DNA from: Clostridia bacterium
GTDB lineage: Bacteria; Bacillota; Clostridia; TANB77; CAG-465
Length of the DNA stretch: 64,000 nt
NCBI GenBank assembly: GCA_900772475.1
Contig: CAAHEI010000008.1
Span: forward strand, 21,346-85,345
Reading direction: 5' to 3'
A model generated the notes under the pieces. The model was not told where the DNA came from. It did not search any database and saw only the letters and a program-made list of their open reading frames with translations. The position numbers were made by a program, and so were the translations under genes. This document shows, piece after piece, positions 29,522 through 41,018 of the stretch; position 1 is the first letter of the stretch; each line of letters starts with the position of its first letter.

Positions 29522-30034
29522 TTATTTATTTTTTGATGGTGATAAAAACATTGTTAGATTTTTTCCTTCCATTTTTGGAACCTTATCTACTTGTACACCT
29601 TCAAGCATTTCACAGAAATTCTTCATAATTTCTTTTCCTTGATTTACAAAGTTCAATTCTCTTCCTCTAAATCTCATGCTAACTTTAACTTTATTACCAT
29701 TTGCAATAAATTTATTAGCATTTTTAGCTTTAACTTCCAAATCATGTTTATCAATATTTGGTGATAATCTAATTTCTTTTATCTCAATTATTTTTTGATT
29801 TTTTCTTGCTTCTTTAGCCTTTTTTGCCATTTCAAATTTGTATTTGCTATAATTTAACATTTTACAAACTGGATTATCTTTGTTTGGAGATACAAGTACT
29901 AAATCAAGTCCTTTTTCATAAGCCATATCTACAGCTTTACCAGTACTCATTTTTCCTATCTTTTCTCCTTTTTCATCAATTACTTGAACTTCTGCAAATC
30001 TTATTTGCTCGTTTATTAAAAAATCTTGTTTTAT
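29522..30034 (-). CDS. infC: translation initiation factor IF-3 (probable non-AUG start)
   Basis: INEQIRFAEVQVIDEKGE...IKEIRLSPNIDKHD. The only SD (GGAGGTG, 30041-30047) lies inside the maximal TTG ORF (to 30049). The in-frame ATA at 30032-30034 is 6 nt downstream of it. Confidence 0.85.
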   Translation of the reverse strand: MKQDFLINEQIRFAEVQVIDEKGEKIGKMSTGKAVDMAYEKGLDLVLVSPNKDNPVCKMLNYSKYKFEMAKKAKEARKNQKIIEIKEIRLSPNIDKHDLEVKAKNANKFIANGNKVKVSMRFRGRELNFVNQGKEIMKNFCEMLEGVQVDKVPKMEGKNLTMFLSPSKNK

Positions 30035-30060
30035 ATTAAACACCTCCAAAAAATAGATAT

Positions 30061-30087
30061 AAAAAAAGATTGCTTGTATGGCAATCT
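30061..30087 (-). terminator. attenuator-type intrinsic terminator in the infC leader (L20-leader-like)
   Basis: On the minus strand, stem AGATTGC/GCAATCT followed by T7, 13 nt upstream of the infC SD. Confidence 0.6.
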
Positions 30088-30203
30088 CCTCATAATAACA
30101 ACATAATAATATATACTAAAAGCATATATCACATTATATATTGTACAACCTTACTAAGACAAAACTCATAAGGTGAGAAGATTTCCTCTACTTTACGAGT
30201 CTT

Positions 30204-30232
30204 ATTTTAACATAATATATTTTTTTTGTCAA
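30204..30232 (-). promoter_or_regulatory. sigma-A-type promoter of the infC-rpmI-rplT operon
   Basis: Minus strand TTGACA, 17 nt, TAAAAT. Confidence 0.55.
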
Positions 30233-30241
30233 TACCTAACT

Positions 30242-31759
30242 TTATTTTTCTATTAAAATTAGATTATATTCATATCCAGAATAATTAGTATCAAAACTAC
30301 TAGGATATTTTGTTTTTATAACTTTACTATCAATTTCTTTATAATCATCAGTTTTAAATTTATCGTTATAAAAACTACTATCTGTTGAATCAATTATCCA
30401 TATTCTACCTTTATAATCTTTTAAAAAATCTAAATCTTCAACCGTTTCCATTTGTGGACCATACGCCTTATATGCTTCTTCAACATTCCAATGATCTCCA
30501 TTATAAAAGTACTGTTTATTATCTTTAAAATATACTGCAAATACAGATCCATTTCCTATATCTGAATACACTATAATATCATCATCTTTTATATTTTCTT
30601 CTAGATATTCAATTTGTTTCATATTTGTATTATCATAGTTGTTATTTATAATATTAATATTACTAATTAGTGAAGTAACAAAAATAATTATACATATTTC
30701 TATAGTTATATATTTTGATTTTTCTTTTGCCATAATATCTGCAATAAAAAATATTAATAAACCTGTTATTGCCATTAAATATCTTGGATAAAGTATAGGA
30801 CTTTTAAGAGATATTAGAAAAGCTATAAAAACTATCAAAACATACAATAATAAGGCCTTTATTGCATTTTTTATACTTATTCTTTCTTTTTTACATCTAT
30901 ATATAACAAAACCTAAATATATATACAAACAAATAGCAAAGCAAAATCCAAATATATTGCTTAAGCTTCCCATATATTGAATTCCCAAAACATTATACAA
31001 TGTATCAGGAAATTCAAGCTTAATCCAATATCCTCCTCCTACTGATGTTAATTGTTTTATAAAATAATATAACCATGGAACATATAGTAAACATTCAACA
31101 ACAGCTTGTATTATAAATATTTTTAAATCTTTATCTTTTTCTTTCCTATTCTTTAATAAATATATAAATAGTATTACATTAATAATTCCAGCAAACATTA
31201 AACCATAATAATGTGTATAAGCACTAAGTAAACTAAATAAAGCAAATATTACCCAATTTTTAATTGATAGTTCGTCTTTATATATTCTATTTGCATATAT
31301 TGCTGTTATAGTTACAAATAACATAACCCATGTATACATCCTAATTTCAGATGAGTATGATGCAATTATTGGTAAAAACAACGTTAAAAAGGAGAAAATT
31401 ATACCTGTTCTTTCTCCATAATCTTTCCTTATATGCGTTATACCTAAAATTGATAATACAACAATTGGAACAATTGAAAATAGTCTAAAAACTAATATAT
31501 TATTTCCAAAAATAAGAGATACAATTTTTAACATCATATAATAAAATACTGGATGTACATCATTTCCCCCAATATTCCATATTTCACTAAAACTATGATT
31601 TGAAATTGCTACAGAATATGACTCATCAAACCAAATATTTGTATGAAAAGCTCCAAGTGATATAAATATAGTACCTAAAATAATTATAATAATATTTAAT
31701 ATTAAAATTTTATCTTTTTTTTTCTTTACTAAGATTAATTGATTATTAATTTTTTCCAT
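30242..31759 (-). CDS. polytopic glycosyltransferase, family 39 / ArnT-PMT-like
   Basis: 505 aa, more than 10 TM helices, early-loop FDESYS motif, soluble C-terminal domain. Confidence 0.55.
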   Translation of the reverse strand: MEKINNQLILVKKKKDKILILNIIIIILGTIFISLGAFHTNIWFDESYSVAISNHSFSEIWNIGGNDVHPVFYYMMLKIVSLIFGNNILVFRLFSIVPIVVLSILGITHIRKDYGERTGIIFSFLTLFLPIIASYSSEIRMYTWVMLFVTITAIYANRIYKDELSIKNWVIFALFSLLSAYTHYYGLMFAGIINVILFIYLLKNRKEKDKDLKIFIIQAVVECLLYVPWLYYFIKQLTSVGGGYWIKLEFPDTLYNVLGIQYMGSLSNIFGFCFAICLYIYLGFVIYRCKKERISIKNAIKALLLYVLIVFIAFLISLKSPILYPRYLMAITGLLIFFIADIMAKEKSKYITIEICIIIFVTSLISNINIINNNYDNTNMKQIEYLEENIKDDDIIVYSDIGNGSVFAVYFKDNKQYFYNGDHWNVEEAYKAYGPQMETVEDLDFLKDYKGRIWIIDSTDSSFYNDKFKTDDYKEIDSKVIKTKYPSSFDTNYSGYEYNLILIEK

Positions 31760-31850
31760 TTTTTGCTCCTTTTTATACTACTATAATTTCACTATTAAAA
31801 ATTTCTATACTACATATATTAACATATTTTAGTTAAAATGTAAAGATATG

Positions 31851-31879
31851 TTGACATAATTTTGATTTTATGGTATAAT
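31851..31879 (+). promoter_or_regulatory. consensus sigma-A promoter (TTGACA-17-TGgTATAAT)
   Basis: TTGACA at 31851-31856, TATAAT at 31874-31879 with an upstream TG. Confidence 0.6.
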
Positions 31880-31930
31880 TTCTATACAAGATATTTTATA
31901 TCAAATTTTAATTAAAAAGGTGGTATCGCT

Positions 31931-32164
31931 TTGAAAAGAGTAAATTACATGTCAGAAGAAGAAATTGCAATGTGGATTTTAAAACACAATCCAGATAAAG
32001 TGTATCTTTATTATGATACAACTTTAAAACCTGTTATAAAACCAATTGTTGCAATTGATTATCTTGATCTCCCTGAAGGATGTTATTATAATTCCAAAAA
32101 CGGAATTACTAATAAGCATAACACCACTACAGGCATGTATTCAACTTTAAGAATTGAATATTAA
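31931..32164 (+). CDS. hypothetical protein (77 aa)
   Basis: TTG start 6 nt after AAGGTGG, downstream of a consensus promoter. Confidence 0.45.
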   Translation: MKRVNYMSEEEIAMWILKHNPDKVYLYYDTTLKPVIKPIVAIDYLDLPEGCYYNSKNGITNKHNTTTGMYSTLRIEY

Positions 32165-32169
32165 ACATA

Positions 32170-32201
32170 AATATCTCCACTTAATTAAAAGTGGAGATAT
32201 T
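32170..32201. terminator. bidirectional hairpin terminator between the 77-aa ORF and gyrB
   Basis: AATATCTCCAC...GTGGAGATATT with A/T runs on both sides. Confidence 0.6.
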
Positions 32202-32202
32202 T

Positions 32203-34149
<1,947 letters not shown>

Positions 34150-34167
34150 TTATATCATACTTTAATA

Positions 34168-35241
34168 TCAAATTTCAAGTCTTCCATTTGAAACTTTTGA
34201 AATTTTTATATTATCCACATTTTCCACAAAGCTACTATCAGTTGTAGTTATTATACTTTGATAGTTTTCTATATATTTTAATAAAAAATTTATTCTATTT
34301 TCATCTAATTCTGACATTATATCATCTAAAAGTAAAATTGGATTTTCCTCTTTTTTTTCTCTTAACACTTCAAAATTTGCTAATTTAATTACAAGCATAA
34401 CTGTCCTATTTTGACCTTGTGATCCATACTTTTGAACTTCCATATCATTTATTTCTATTAAAATATCATCTTTTTGAATTCCTTTTACTGATGATTTTCT
34501 TAAAATATCTATATATAAATGTGAATCCAACACTTCTTTAATTTTATTTTTCTCCATATTTAAAAAATCTGTTACATATGTAATTTTAATATTTTCTTTT
34601 CCATTTGTAATATCTTTATGTATATTTTTAGCTTTTTCAAAAATTTCATTTATTACTATTTCTCTATACTTTACAATATTAAAAATATAATCAGACATTT
34701 TTTCATGTAAAACATAAATATAGTCTTTATCTATATTTTCATTTTTTAATAAAGTGTTTTTTATTTTTAGACATTTATTATACTCTTGAAGATTTATTAA
34801 ATATGATTTTGAAAGTTGAGAACATATCATATCAATAAAAGTTCTTCTCTTAGATGGTGCTCCTTTTACTATATTTAAACTATCTGGTGAAAAAATAACA
34901 AGTGGAATTTCTCCTACATGATTTGATAATCTAGTAATCTTAACTCCATCTTTTTTTAGTTGCTTTTTATTATTTTTATCTATATATACTTCAATATTGC
35001 TTTCTATATCTTTTTTTTTGTATGTTAAAGTTATTCTACAAAACTCTTCATTAAATTTTAGTACTTCTATATCCTTGGTTGTTCTATAAGATTTTCCAAA
35101 AGCACACATATATATAGATTCAATTATATTGGTTTTTCCTTGTGCATTATTTCCTTCAAAAAAATTTATTCCATTTATTAAATCAATTTCTTGATATTTA
35201 TAATTTCTAAAATTATTTAAAATTAACTTATTTAATTGCAT
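34168..35241 (-). CDS. recF: DNA replication/repair protein RecF
   Basis: 357 aa. Walker A GNNAQGKTN, LLLDDIMSELD Walker B/D-loop. Position between dnaN and gyrB. Confidence 0.92.
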   Translation of the reverse strand: MQLNKLILNNFRNYKYQEIDLINGINFFEGNNAQGKTNIIESIYMCAFGKSYRTTKDIEVLKFNEEFCRITLTYKKKDIESNIEVYIDKNNKKQLKKDGVKITRLSNHVGEIPLVIFSPDSLNIVKGAPSKRRTFIDMICSQLSKSYLINLQEYNKCLKIKNTLLKNENIDKDYIYVLHEKMSDYIFNIVKYREIVINEIFEKAKNIHKDITNGKENIKITYVTDFLNMEKNKIKEVLDSHLYIDILRKSSVKGIQKDDILIEINDMEVQKYGSQGQNRTVMLVIKLANFEVLREKKEENPILLLDDIMSELDENRINFLLKYIENYQSIITTTDSSFVENVDNIKISKVSNGRLEI

Positions 35242-35319
35242 AATTACCTCTTTTTAAAGATAATAGGAAAGTTTAACTTTATTATTAAAAACTTCCCTAC
35301 ATCAAATTATATATTCATT

Positions 35320-36438
35320 TTAGTTTTGTCTTAACTTTATTGGTAAAACAACATATATGTATTCTTTTGAATTTACGGGTTTAATTAATACTGGTGAAAT
35401 ACTTGAAGTAAATTCTACATATATTTCAGTATCATCGATAACTTTCAATATATCAATAACATATCTTGGATTAAATCCAATTTCAATATCTTTTCCCTCA
35501 ACTATTGCTTGCACACCTTCCTTAGCATCTCCCGCATCACTTATACAGCTTAACACAATACCATCAATTCCTATATTCATTTTAAGTGGTGCTTTTCTAT
35601 CTTTTTCTTTATTTTCTTTTGCAAATAAAGCAACTCTTTCAAATGAATCAAGTAAACTTTTGGTTTTAACTTTTACCTTAGTTTCATAAGAATCGGGTAT
35701 AATAGTATTATAATTTAAGAACTCACCTTCAATTATTCTACTAACAAGAATACTTTTTCCCATTTCAAATAGTGCTTGGTTTTTATTCACTCCAATTTTA
35801 ACTTTACTTTCTTCATCATCATTTAAAACTTTTAATAATTCTGATAAAACTTTACCTGGAATAATAACTTTAAAATCATTTATATTTTCTTCATTTATGT
35901 TTTTTCTTAATGCAAGTCTGAATCCATCAACAGCAACAATAGTTAATATATTATTTTCAACTTTTAGTAATGCTCCCATATATATAGGTCTATTTTCATC
36001 TGTACTTACAGCAAATAAAGTTCTTCTTATCATATCTTTTAATAATTTTTGTTTTATAGTTATAGAGTTTTCAACGTCAAATATTGGTAATTTAGGATAC
36101 TCATTTGGATTCATAGTTGCTAACTTAAATACACCATTTACAGATTTTAGTACAAATAAATTATTTTCAACTAGAATTTCTACTTCTTCATCTTCAATTC
36201 TTCTTACTATCTCATTTAATGTTTTAAGTTCAACTACTGTTTTTCCATTTTCTATAGTTTTACAATCCATAGAATGTTCTGTACCAATTTCTAAATCATT
36301 AGTTGTTAATTTTAATTTATTGTTTTCAGCTTCTATAAGTACCCCTTCTAATATTGGCATTGTTGTTCTATTTATTGATGTTTTAGATACTATGTTTAAT
36401 CCATTTATTAATTCTTTCAAATTACATTTTATATTCAT
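35320..36438 (-). CDS. dnaN: DNA polymerase III beta sliding clamp
   Basis: Beta-clamp sequence (TSINRTTMPILEGVLIEA...). ATG at 36438 after GGAGAGC; the track ORF extends to 36486. Confidence 0.93.
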   Translation of the reverse strand: MNIKCNLKELINGLNIVSKTSINRTTMPILEGVLIEAENNKLKLTTNDLEIGTEHSMDCKTIENGKTVVELKTLNEIVRRIEDEEVEILVENNLFVLKSVNGVFKLATMNPNEYPKLPIFDVENSITIKQKLLKDMIRRTLFAVSTDENRPIYMGALLKVENNILTIVAVDGFRLALRKNINEENINDFKVIIPGKVLSELLKVLNDDEESKVKIGVNKNQALFEMGKSILVSRIIEGEFLNYNTIIPDSYETKVKVKTKSLLDSFERVALFAKENKEKDRKAPLKMNIGIDGIVLSCISDAGDAKEGVQAIVEGKDIEIGFNPRYVIDILKVIDDTEIYVEFTSSISPVLIKPVNSKEYIYVVLPIKLRQN

Positions 36439-36503
36439 TTTTGCTCTCCTTTTATAATTAGTTATCCACATTATTAACAATTTCAAAATTCATAGTGTCC
36501 TAT

Positions 36504-36722
36504 ATACATATATATTATTATTATATATATATAATATAGTAGTAGTAGTAGTAGGTATTGTGGAAAATGTGGATAACATACTCAACAACTTGTTATCACT
36601 GATTTTCTACCTGTTGATAAACCTGTGGATAACTTGTTAAATTTATCCACAGAAAATTTGTTTGTTGTGGATTATTTTAATTTCGTATAGTTATACACAT
36701 TTTATTAACAGGGTTTTCCACA
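36504..36722. other. oriC part II (dnaA-dnaN spacer): AT-only DUE, (TAG)6 tract, DnaA-box cluster
   Basis: Boxes: TGTGGAAAA 36559-36567, TGTGGATAA 36568-36576, TGTTGATAA 36612-36620, TGTGGATAA 36624-36632, TTATCCACA 36643-36651, TGTGGATTA 36666-36674, TTATACACA 36691-36699, TTTTCCACA 36714-36722. AT-only run at 36504-36536. Confidence 0.85.
36537..36554 (+). repeat. (TAG)6 trinucleotide repeat, DnaA-trio-like
   Basis: Six perfect TAG units, 4 nt from two tandem DnaA boxes and directly abutting the AT-only stretch. Confidence 0.7.
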
Positions 36723-36793
36723 GTTACCTGTGTATAACTTTTTTCATGTAACACTTTTAAAATATTTTTGTAATATATTTGTAATAATTACTT

Positions 36794-38206
36794 CTAATCT
36801 GCAATAGATAAGGCTTTTTTTATATCTTCTATTAAATCTTTTGTTTCTGATTTTGTTTCATATTCATCTTTAATTTTTGAATATGCATGTAGAACTGTAG
36901 AGTGATCTCTTCCACCAAAATCTTTACCTATACTTGGAAATGACATATTAGCAACTTCCCTACATAGATACATTGCTATTTGTCTTGGATATGCTACATT
37001 ATTTGATCTTTTGTCACTTACTATATCACTTACTTTTATATTAAAGAATTTGCATACCACTTGCATTATTAATTTACTTGTAAGTACTTTTGTATTTTTT
37101 ACCAAAATGGATTCTATTGTATTGTCTACTACATCATTTGTAAGTTTGTTGTTAGTAAAAGATGTATAGGCTACTAATTTATTAAATACACCTTCTAATT
37201 CTCTAATATTTGATTTTACTTTTGTGGCTATTCTTACAAGTATTTCATCATTTATAATGTATCTTTCTTTTTCAGCTTTTTTTCTAAGTATTGCAAGACG
37301 AGTTTCATAATCAGGAGCTTGTATATCAACCGAAAGTCCCATTTCAAATCTAGTTTTAAGTCTATCTTCAAGTTGTGGTATTTCTTTTGGAGGTTTTTCA
37401 GATGTTAGTACTATTTGTTTTCCACTTTCAAATAATGTGTTGAAAGTGTGGAAAAATTCTTCTTGACACTTTTCTTTTCCTGCTAAAAATTGAATATCAT
37501 CTATTAATAACAAATCAATATTTCTATATTTTTTTCTGAATGATTCATTTTTATCTGTCATTATTGCTGATACTAATTCATTTGCAAATAATTCTCCTGT
37601 TGCATAAATCATTTTTAAATTAGGGTTTTGTTTATACATTGCATTTCCAATTGCTTGCATTAGATGTGTTTTACCTAGTCCTACTCCTCCATAAATAAAT
37701 AGTGGATTATATTTTCTACCAGGTGCTTCAGATACAGCTACTGCAGCAGCGTGGGCAAATCTGTTATTAGATCCTATGATAAAATTATCAAATGTATATC
37801 TTGGGTTTAATCTTGATACGTCTCCCCTATTTTCATTAGTTTGTTTTGTTTCAGTTACTTGTGAATCATCACTTTTACTGTATTCTTCTTTTGGTGTTTG
37901 CACATTTAATTCGTTAGAAATACTCTTTTCTTCTTCATTCGTGCTATCTGGTATTATTTCTTTTGCTTCAAAAGTTATATTATATGATTTTTTTGTTAAA
38001 AAACTTAAAGTATTTTCGATTAAATCAAGATATCTTTTTTTACAAATATCTATATGATAATTTGAAGGAGATAAAAAGCACAATGTGTTTTCATCCACAA
38101 GTCTGGGTACCATTACTTCAACGTATGTTTTATATCCAACAGGAGATATCTCTTCTTGCAGTATTTCCAAGGCTTGTGACCATATGTTCATAAAGTTTTG
38201 TTCCAT
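36794..38206 (-). CDS. dnaA: chromosomal replication initiator DnaA
   Basis: Walker A GGVGLGKTHL, LLIDDIQF, and the C-terminal DNA-binding block (RQIAMYLCRE...GGRDHSTVLHA). ATG at 38206 after AGAAAGGTGG; the track ORF extends to 38299. Confidence 0.96.
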   Translation of the reverse strand: MEQNFMNIWSQALEILQEEISPVGYKTYVEVMVPRLVDENTLCFLSPSNYHIDICKKRYLDLIENTLSFLTKKSYNITFEAKEIIPDSTNEEEKSISNELNVQTPKEEYSKSDDSQVTETKQTNENRGDVSRLNPRYTFDNFIIGSNNRFAHAAAVAVSEAPGRKYNPLFIYGGVGLGKTHLMQAIGNAMYKQNPNLKMIYATGELFANELVSAIMTDKNESFRKKYRNIDLLLIDDIQFLAGKEKCQEEFFHTFNTLFESGKQIVLTSEKPPKEIPQLEDRLKTRFEMGLSVDIQAPDYETRLAILRKKAEKERYIINDEILVRIATKVKSNIRELEGVFNKLVAYTSFTNNKLTNDVVDNTIESILVKNTKVLTSKLIMQVVCKFFNIKVSDIVSDKRSNNVAYPRQIAMYLCREVANMSFPSIGKDFGGRDHSTVLHAYSKIKDEYETKSETKDLIEDIKKALSIAD

Positions 38207-38241
38207 ACAACCACCTTTCTTAAAACGTATGTTTTTAAAAG

Positions 38242-38505
38242 TTATCCACAGAGTTATCCACATATGTTGATAACTTTTCGACAAAATAATATAAATCATT
38301 AAAAAAATTTACATAATTTCTGTGGATTAAAAAATCATACTTAAAAATTAGAATAAAAAATTACTATGATTAATATATCATGAAATATTGAAAAAATCAA
38401 TATATTTAAGCATTTTTTTATAAATTGTTTTTCTTATAAAAAAAATATATAAAACAAAAAAATTTATAATATGTAAAATTAATTTTATTATAAGCCTGTG
38501 GATAA
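38242..38505. other. oriC part I: DnaA-box cluster upstream of dnaA
   Basis: TTATCCACA 38242-38250 and 38254-38262, TGTTGATAA 38265-38273, TGTGGATTA 38321-38329, TGTGGATAA 38497-38505. Confidence 0.8.
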
Positions 38506-38548
38506 CTTTTAAATTTGGTATTTTTTTGTTAATAATTTAATTAAGTTG

Positions 38549-38577
38549 TTGACATTTAAAAACATTTATTGTATAAT
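38549..38577 (+). promoter_or_regulatory. consensus sigma-A promoter of rpmH-rnpA operon
   Basis: TTGACA, 17 nt, TATAAT. Confidence 0.65.
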
Positions 38578-38660
38578 AATAGCACTTTGATTAGTTAATA
38601 ATGTTTTACTAAGAATTGTAATAACATTTTTATAATATTTAGGAATTTAGGAGGAAAACA

Positions 38661-38795
38661 ATGAAAAGAACATTTCAACCAAAAAAAATACATAGAGAAA
38701 AAGTACACGGTTTTAGAAAAAGAATGAGTACTGCCTCTGGTCGTAAAGTTTTAAAGAGCAGAAGACAAAAGGGAAGAAAAGTTTTAAGTGCTTAA
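38661..38795 (+). CDS. rpmH: 50S ribosomal protein L34
   Basis: Manual translation [44 protein letters not shown] (44 aa, below the ORF-track cutoff). SD AGGAGG. Confidence 0.95.
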   Translation: MKRTFQPKKIHREKVHGFRKRMSTASGRKVLKSRRQKGRKVLSA

Positions 38796-38858
38796 ACTAC
38801 TTTTTAAAGTGGGTATGTTTTTCATATCCACTTTTATGTTTATTTTATGAGGGTAAAT

Positions 38859-39218
38859 ATGAAATCAACTTTAATTATTAAAAATAACAGTGTTTTTAGA
38901 TATATTTTAAAAAAAGGGAGATATGCTAAAGGAAAAAATATTGTTGTTCACATTTGTAGTCAGAAAAAGGAAAGAAACAACGATAATCTTATTAATAATC
39001 TTGGTATATGTGTTTCTAAAAAGAATGGAAATAGTGTGGCAAGAAATAAGTTAAAAAGATGGGTTAGAGAGAGTTATAAAAATGAAGAAGAAAATATAAA
39101 AAAGGGAATTAATATAGTTGTACTTTTTAAGAAAAATTGTGTAATTGAAAATGTAGATTATAATAGCATAAATGATGATATAAAAAAGTGTTTTAAGGAA
39201 CTTGGTTTATATGCGTAA
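38859..39218 (+). CDS. rnpA: ribonuclease P protein component
   Basis: Basic protein with SVARNKLKRWVRE (RNR-type motif). Position after rpmH. Confidence 0.88.
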   Translation: MKSTLIIKNNSVFRYILKKGRYAKGKNIVVHICSQKKERNNDNLINNLGICVSKKNGNSVARNKLKRWVRESYKNEEENIKKGINIVVLFKKNCVIENVDYNSINDDIKKCFKELGLYA

Positions 39219-39462
39219 TTTGTTTTATTTGATAAAATTTCTATCTAAAATTCCAAGAAAATGTGAAGTTAAACTGATTGAACTCTATCAAAAATATATT
39301 TCACCTGGTCTTGGAAATCATTGTAAATTTTATCCTACATGTTCAGAATATGCAAAACAAGCAATTGACAAATATGGTATAATTAAAGGAAATATACTTG
39401 CTATATATAGAATTATTAGATGTAATCCATTTTCACATGGAGGAGTTGATAAATTGAAATGA
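39211..39462 (+). CDS. yidD: membrane protein insertion efficiency factor YidD
   Basis: LIELYQKYISPGLGNHCKFYPTCSEYAKQAIDKYG...RCNPFSHGG. Confidence 0.9.
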   Translation: MRNLFYLIKFLSKIPRKCEVKLIELYQKYISPGLGNHCKFYPTCSEYAKQAIDKYGIIKGNILAIYRIIRCNPFSHGGVDKLK

Positions 39463-39476
39463 AATGAGGTATGTAA

Positions 39477-40316
39477 ATGATACAAGCAATAGCTTCAATT
39501 TTAGGCTATATTATAAGATTCATTTATGATATAGTTGGACAAAATTATTTTATAACAATATTACTTTTTACATTATTTACTAAAGTAGTTCTTTTTCCAC
39601 TTGCATGGATACAGATAAAATCCATGGAAAAAATGAATAAAATGTCTGTTAAACAGAAAGAAATACAAGATAAATATAAAAATGATAAAGAAAAACAAAC
39701 ACAAGAACTTATGAATTTGTATAAGGAGAATAAAGTAAATCCTCTATCAGGCTGTTTACCTTTAATTATTCAAATTCCAATTATTCTTGCTATGTTTTAT
39801 ATCGTTAAACAACCTCTAACATATATTGTTCAGACACCACAAGAAGAGATTAAAACATACACACAACAACTATTAAATAAGGAAGATGTTACTGAGAAAG
39901 AGATGCAAGCAAATGAATTATTAGTTGCTAAAGAACATAATCTTATTGAAATGCAAGCAATTCCTGGAATTAATTTAGGTGATGTACCATCAAATGTATT
40001 TAGTAAGGATGAAAATAAAAAGGCAAGTCCAATTTCACTAGCAATTCCAATATTAACATTTATAGTTTCATTTTTACTTAATAAATATTCGCAAAAGAAT
40101 ACACAGCAAACACCTGAGCAAGCTGAAATGCAAAAAACTACTAATTTAATGATGCCTCTTATGTCAGCATTCTTTTCATATATAATGCCTTTAGCATTAG
40201 GTGTGTATTGGTTGTTTGGTAGCATGTTACAGTTTGCACAACAATTTGTTATAAATTTAGTTGTTAAAAAAGATAAAGAAAAAGTATTAGCACTTGAAAA
40301 AGGAGGTAAAATTTAA
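39477..40316 (+). CDS. yidC: membrane protein insertase YidC/SpoIIIJ/OxaA
   Basis: 279 aa. LYKENKVNPLSGCLPLIIQIPIILAMFY block, multiple TMs. Confidence 0.9.
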   Translation: MIQAIASILGYIIRFIYDIVGQNYFITILLFTLFTKVVLFPLAWIQIKSMEKMNKMSVKQKEIQDKYKNDKEKQTQELMNLYKENKVNPLSGCLPLIIQIPIILAMFYIVKQPLTYIVQTPQEEIKTYTQQLLNKEDVTEKEMQANELLVAKEHNLIEMQAIPGINLGDVPSNVFSKDENKKASPISLAIPILTFIVSFLLNKYSQKNTQQTPEQAEMQKTTNLMMPLMSAFFSYIMPLALGVYWLFGSMLQFAQQFVINLVVKKDKEKVLALEKGGKI

Positions 40317-40972
40317 TGAAAAGAGTTACAGAACAAATAGGTAGAAATACTGAAGAAGCTATAAGAAAGGGACTTGAGGAATTAAAAGTTTCTCGTGATG
40401 ATGTTAAAATTGAAGTCTTAGAAGAAGCATCTTCAGGTGGTGTATTAGGAATTTTATCTGCTAAAATGGCAAAGGTTAGACTTACAGTTGATAAAAAAAT
40501 AAGCGATGTACAAGCGGAAGACACAATTAATAGATTAGATAAAATTTTGAAAGAACTTTTTAAAATTACAGGTGATGATGGTATTGAATATAAAATTGAA
40601 AAGGGAAAAAATCAAATTAATTTGACAATTACTGGTGATAAAGTTTCTCATTTAATAGGCTATAAAGGTAAAACAATTGAATCTTTTCAGTCATTGCTAA
40701 ATGCGATGCTTCAAAGAGAGAATGAGGAAAGTGCAAAAGTTTTTATTGAAGTAAATGATTATAAGAAAAGAAAAGAAGAAAAACTTAAAAATTTAGCAAA
40801 TAAGATGGCTAATAATGTTATTAAATTTAGAAAACCAATTAGATTGGAGCCAATGTCTGCATATGAAAGATTAATAATTCATACAGAACTTGCTAAAAGA
40901 GATGATGTCGAAACTGAATCACAAGGTGAAGAGCCTAGAAGAAGGGTAGTAATAAAAAAGAAATATAATTAA
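40316..40972 (+). CDS. jag: Jag/KhpB RNA-binding protein (Jag_N, KH, R3H)
   Basis: 218 aa. C-terminal R3H region (MSAYERLIIHTEL). Overlapping ATG with the yidC stop. Confidence 0.88.
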   Translation: MKRVTEQIGRNTEEAIRKGLEELKVSRDDVKIEVLEEASSGGVLGILSAKMAKVRLTVDKKISDVQAEDTINRLDKILKELFKITGDDGIEYKIEKGKNQINLTITGDKVSHLIGYKGKTIESFQSLLNAMLQRENEESAKVFIEVNDYKKRKEEKLKNLANKMANNVIKFRKPIRLEPMSAYERLIIHTELAKRDDVETESQGEEPRRRVVIKKKYN

Positions 40973-41018
40973 TAAAGGTCAGCATTTGCTGACTTTTTAA
41001 AGGAAAGGAAAAAACGTT

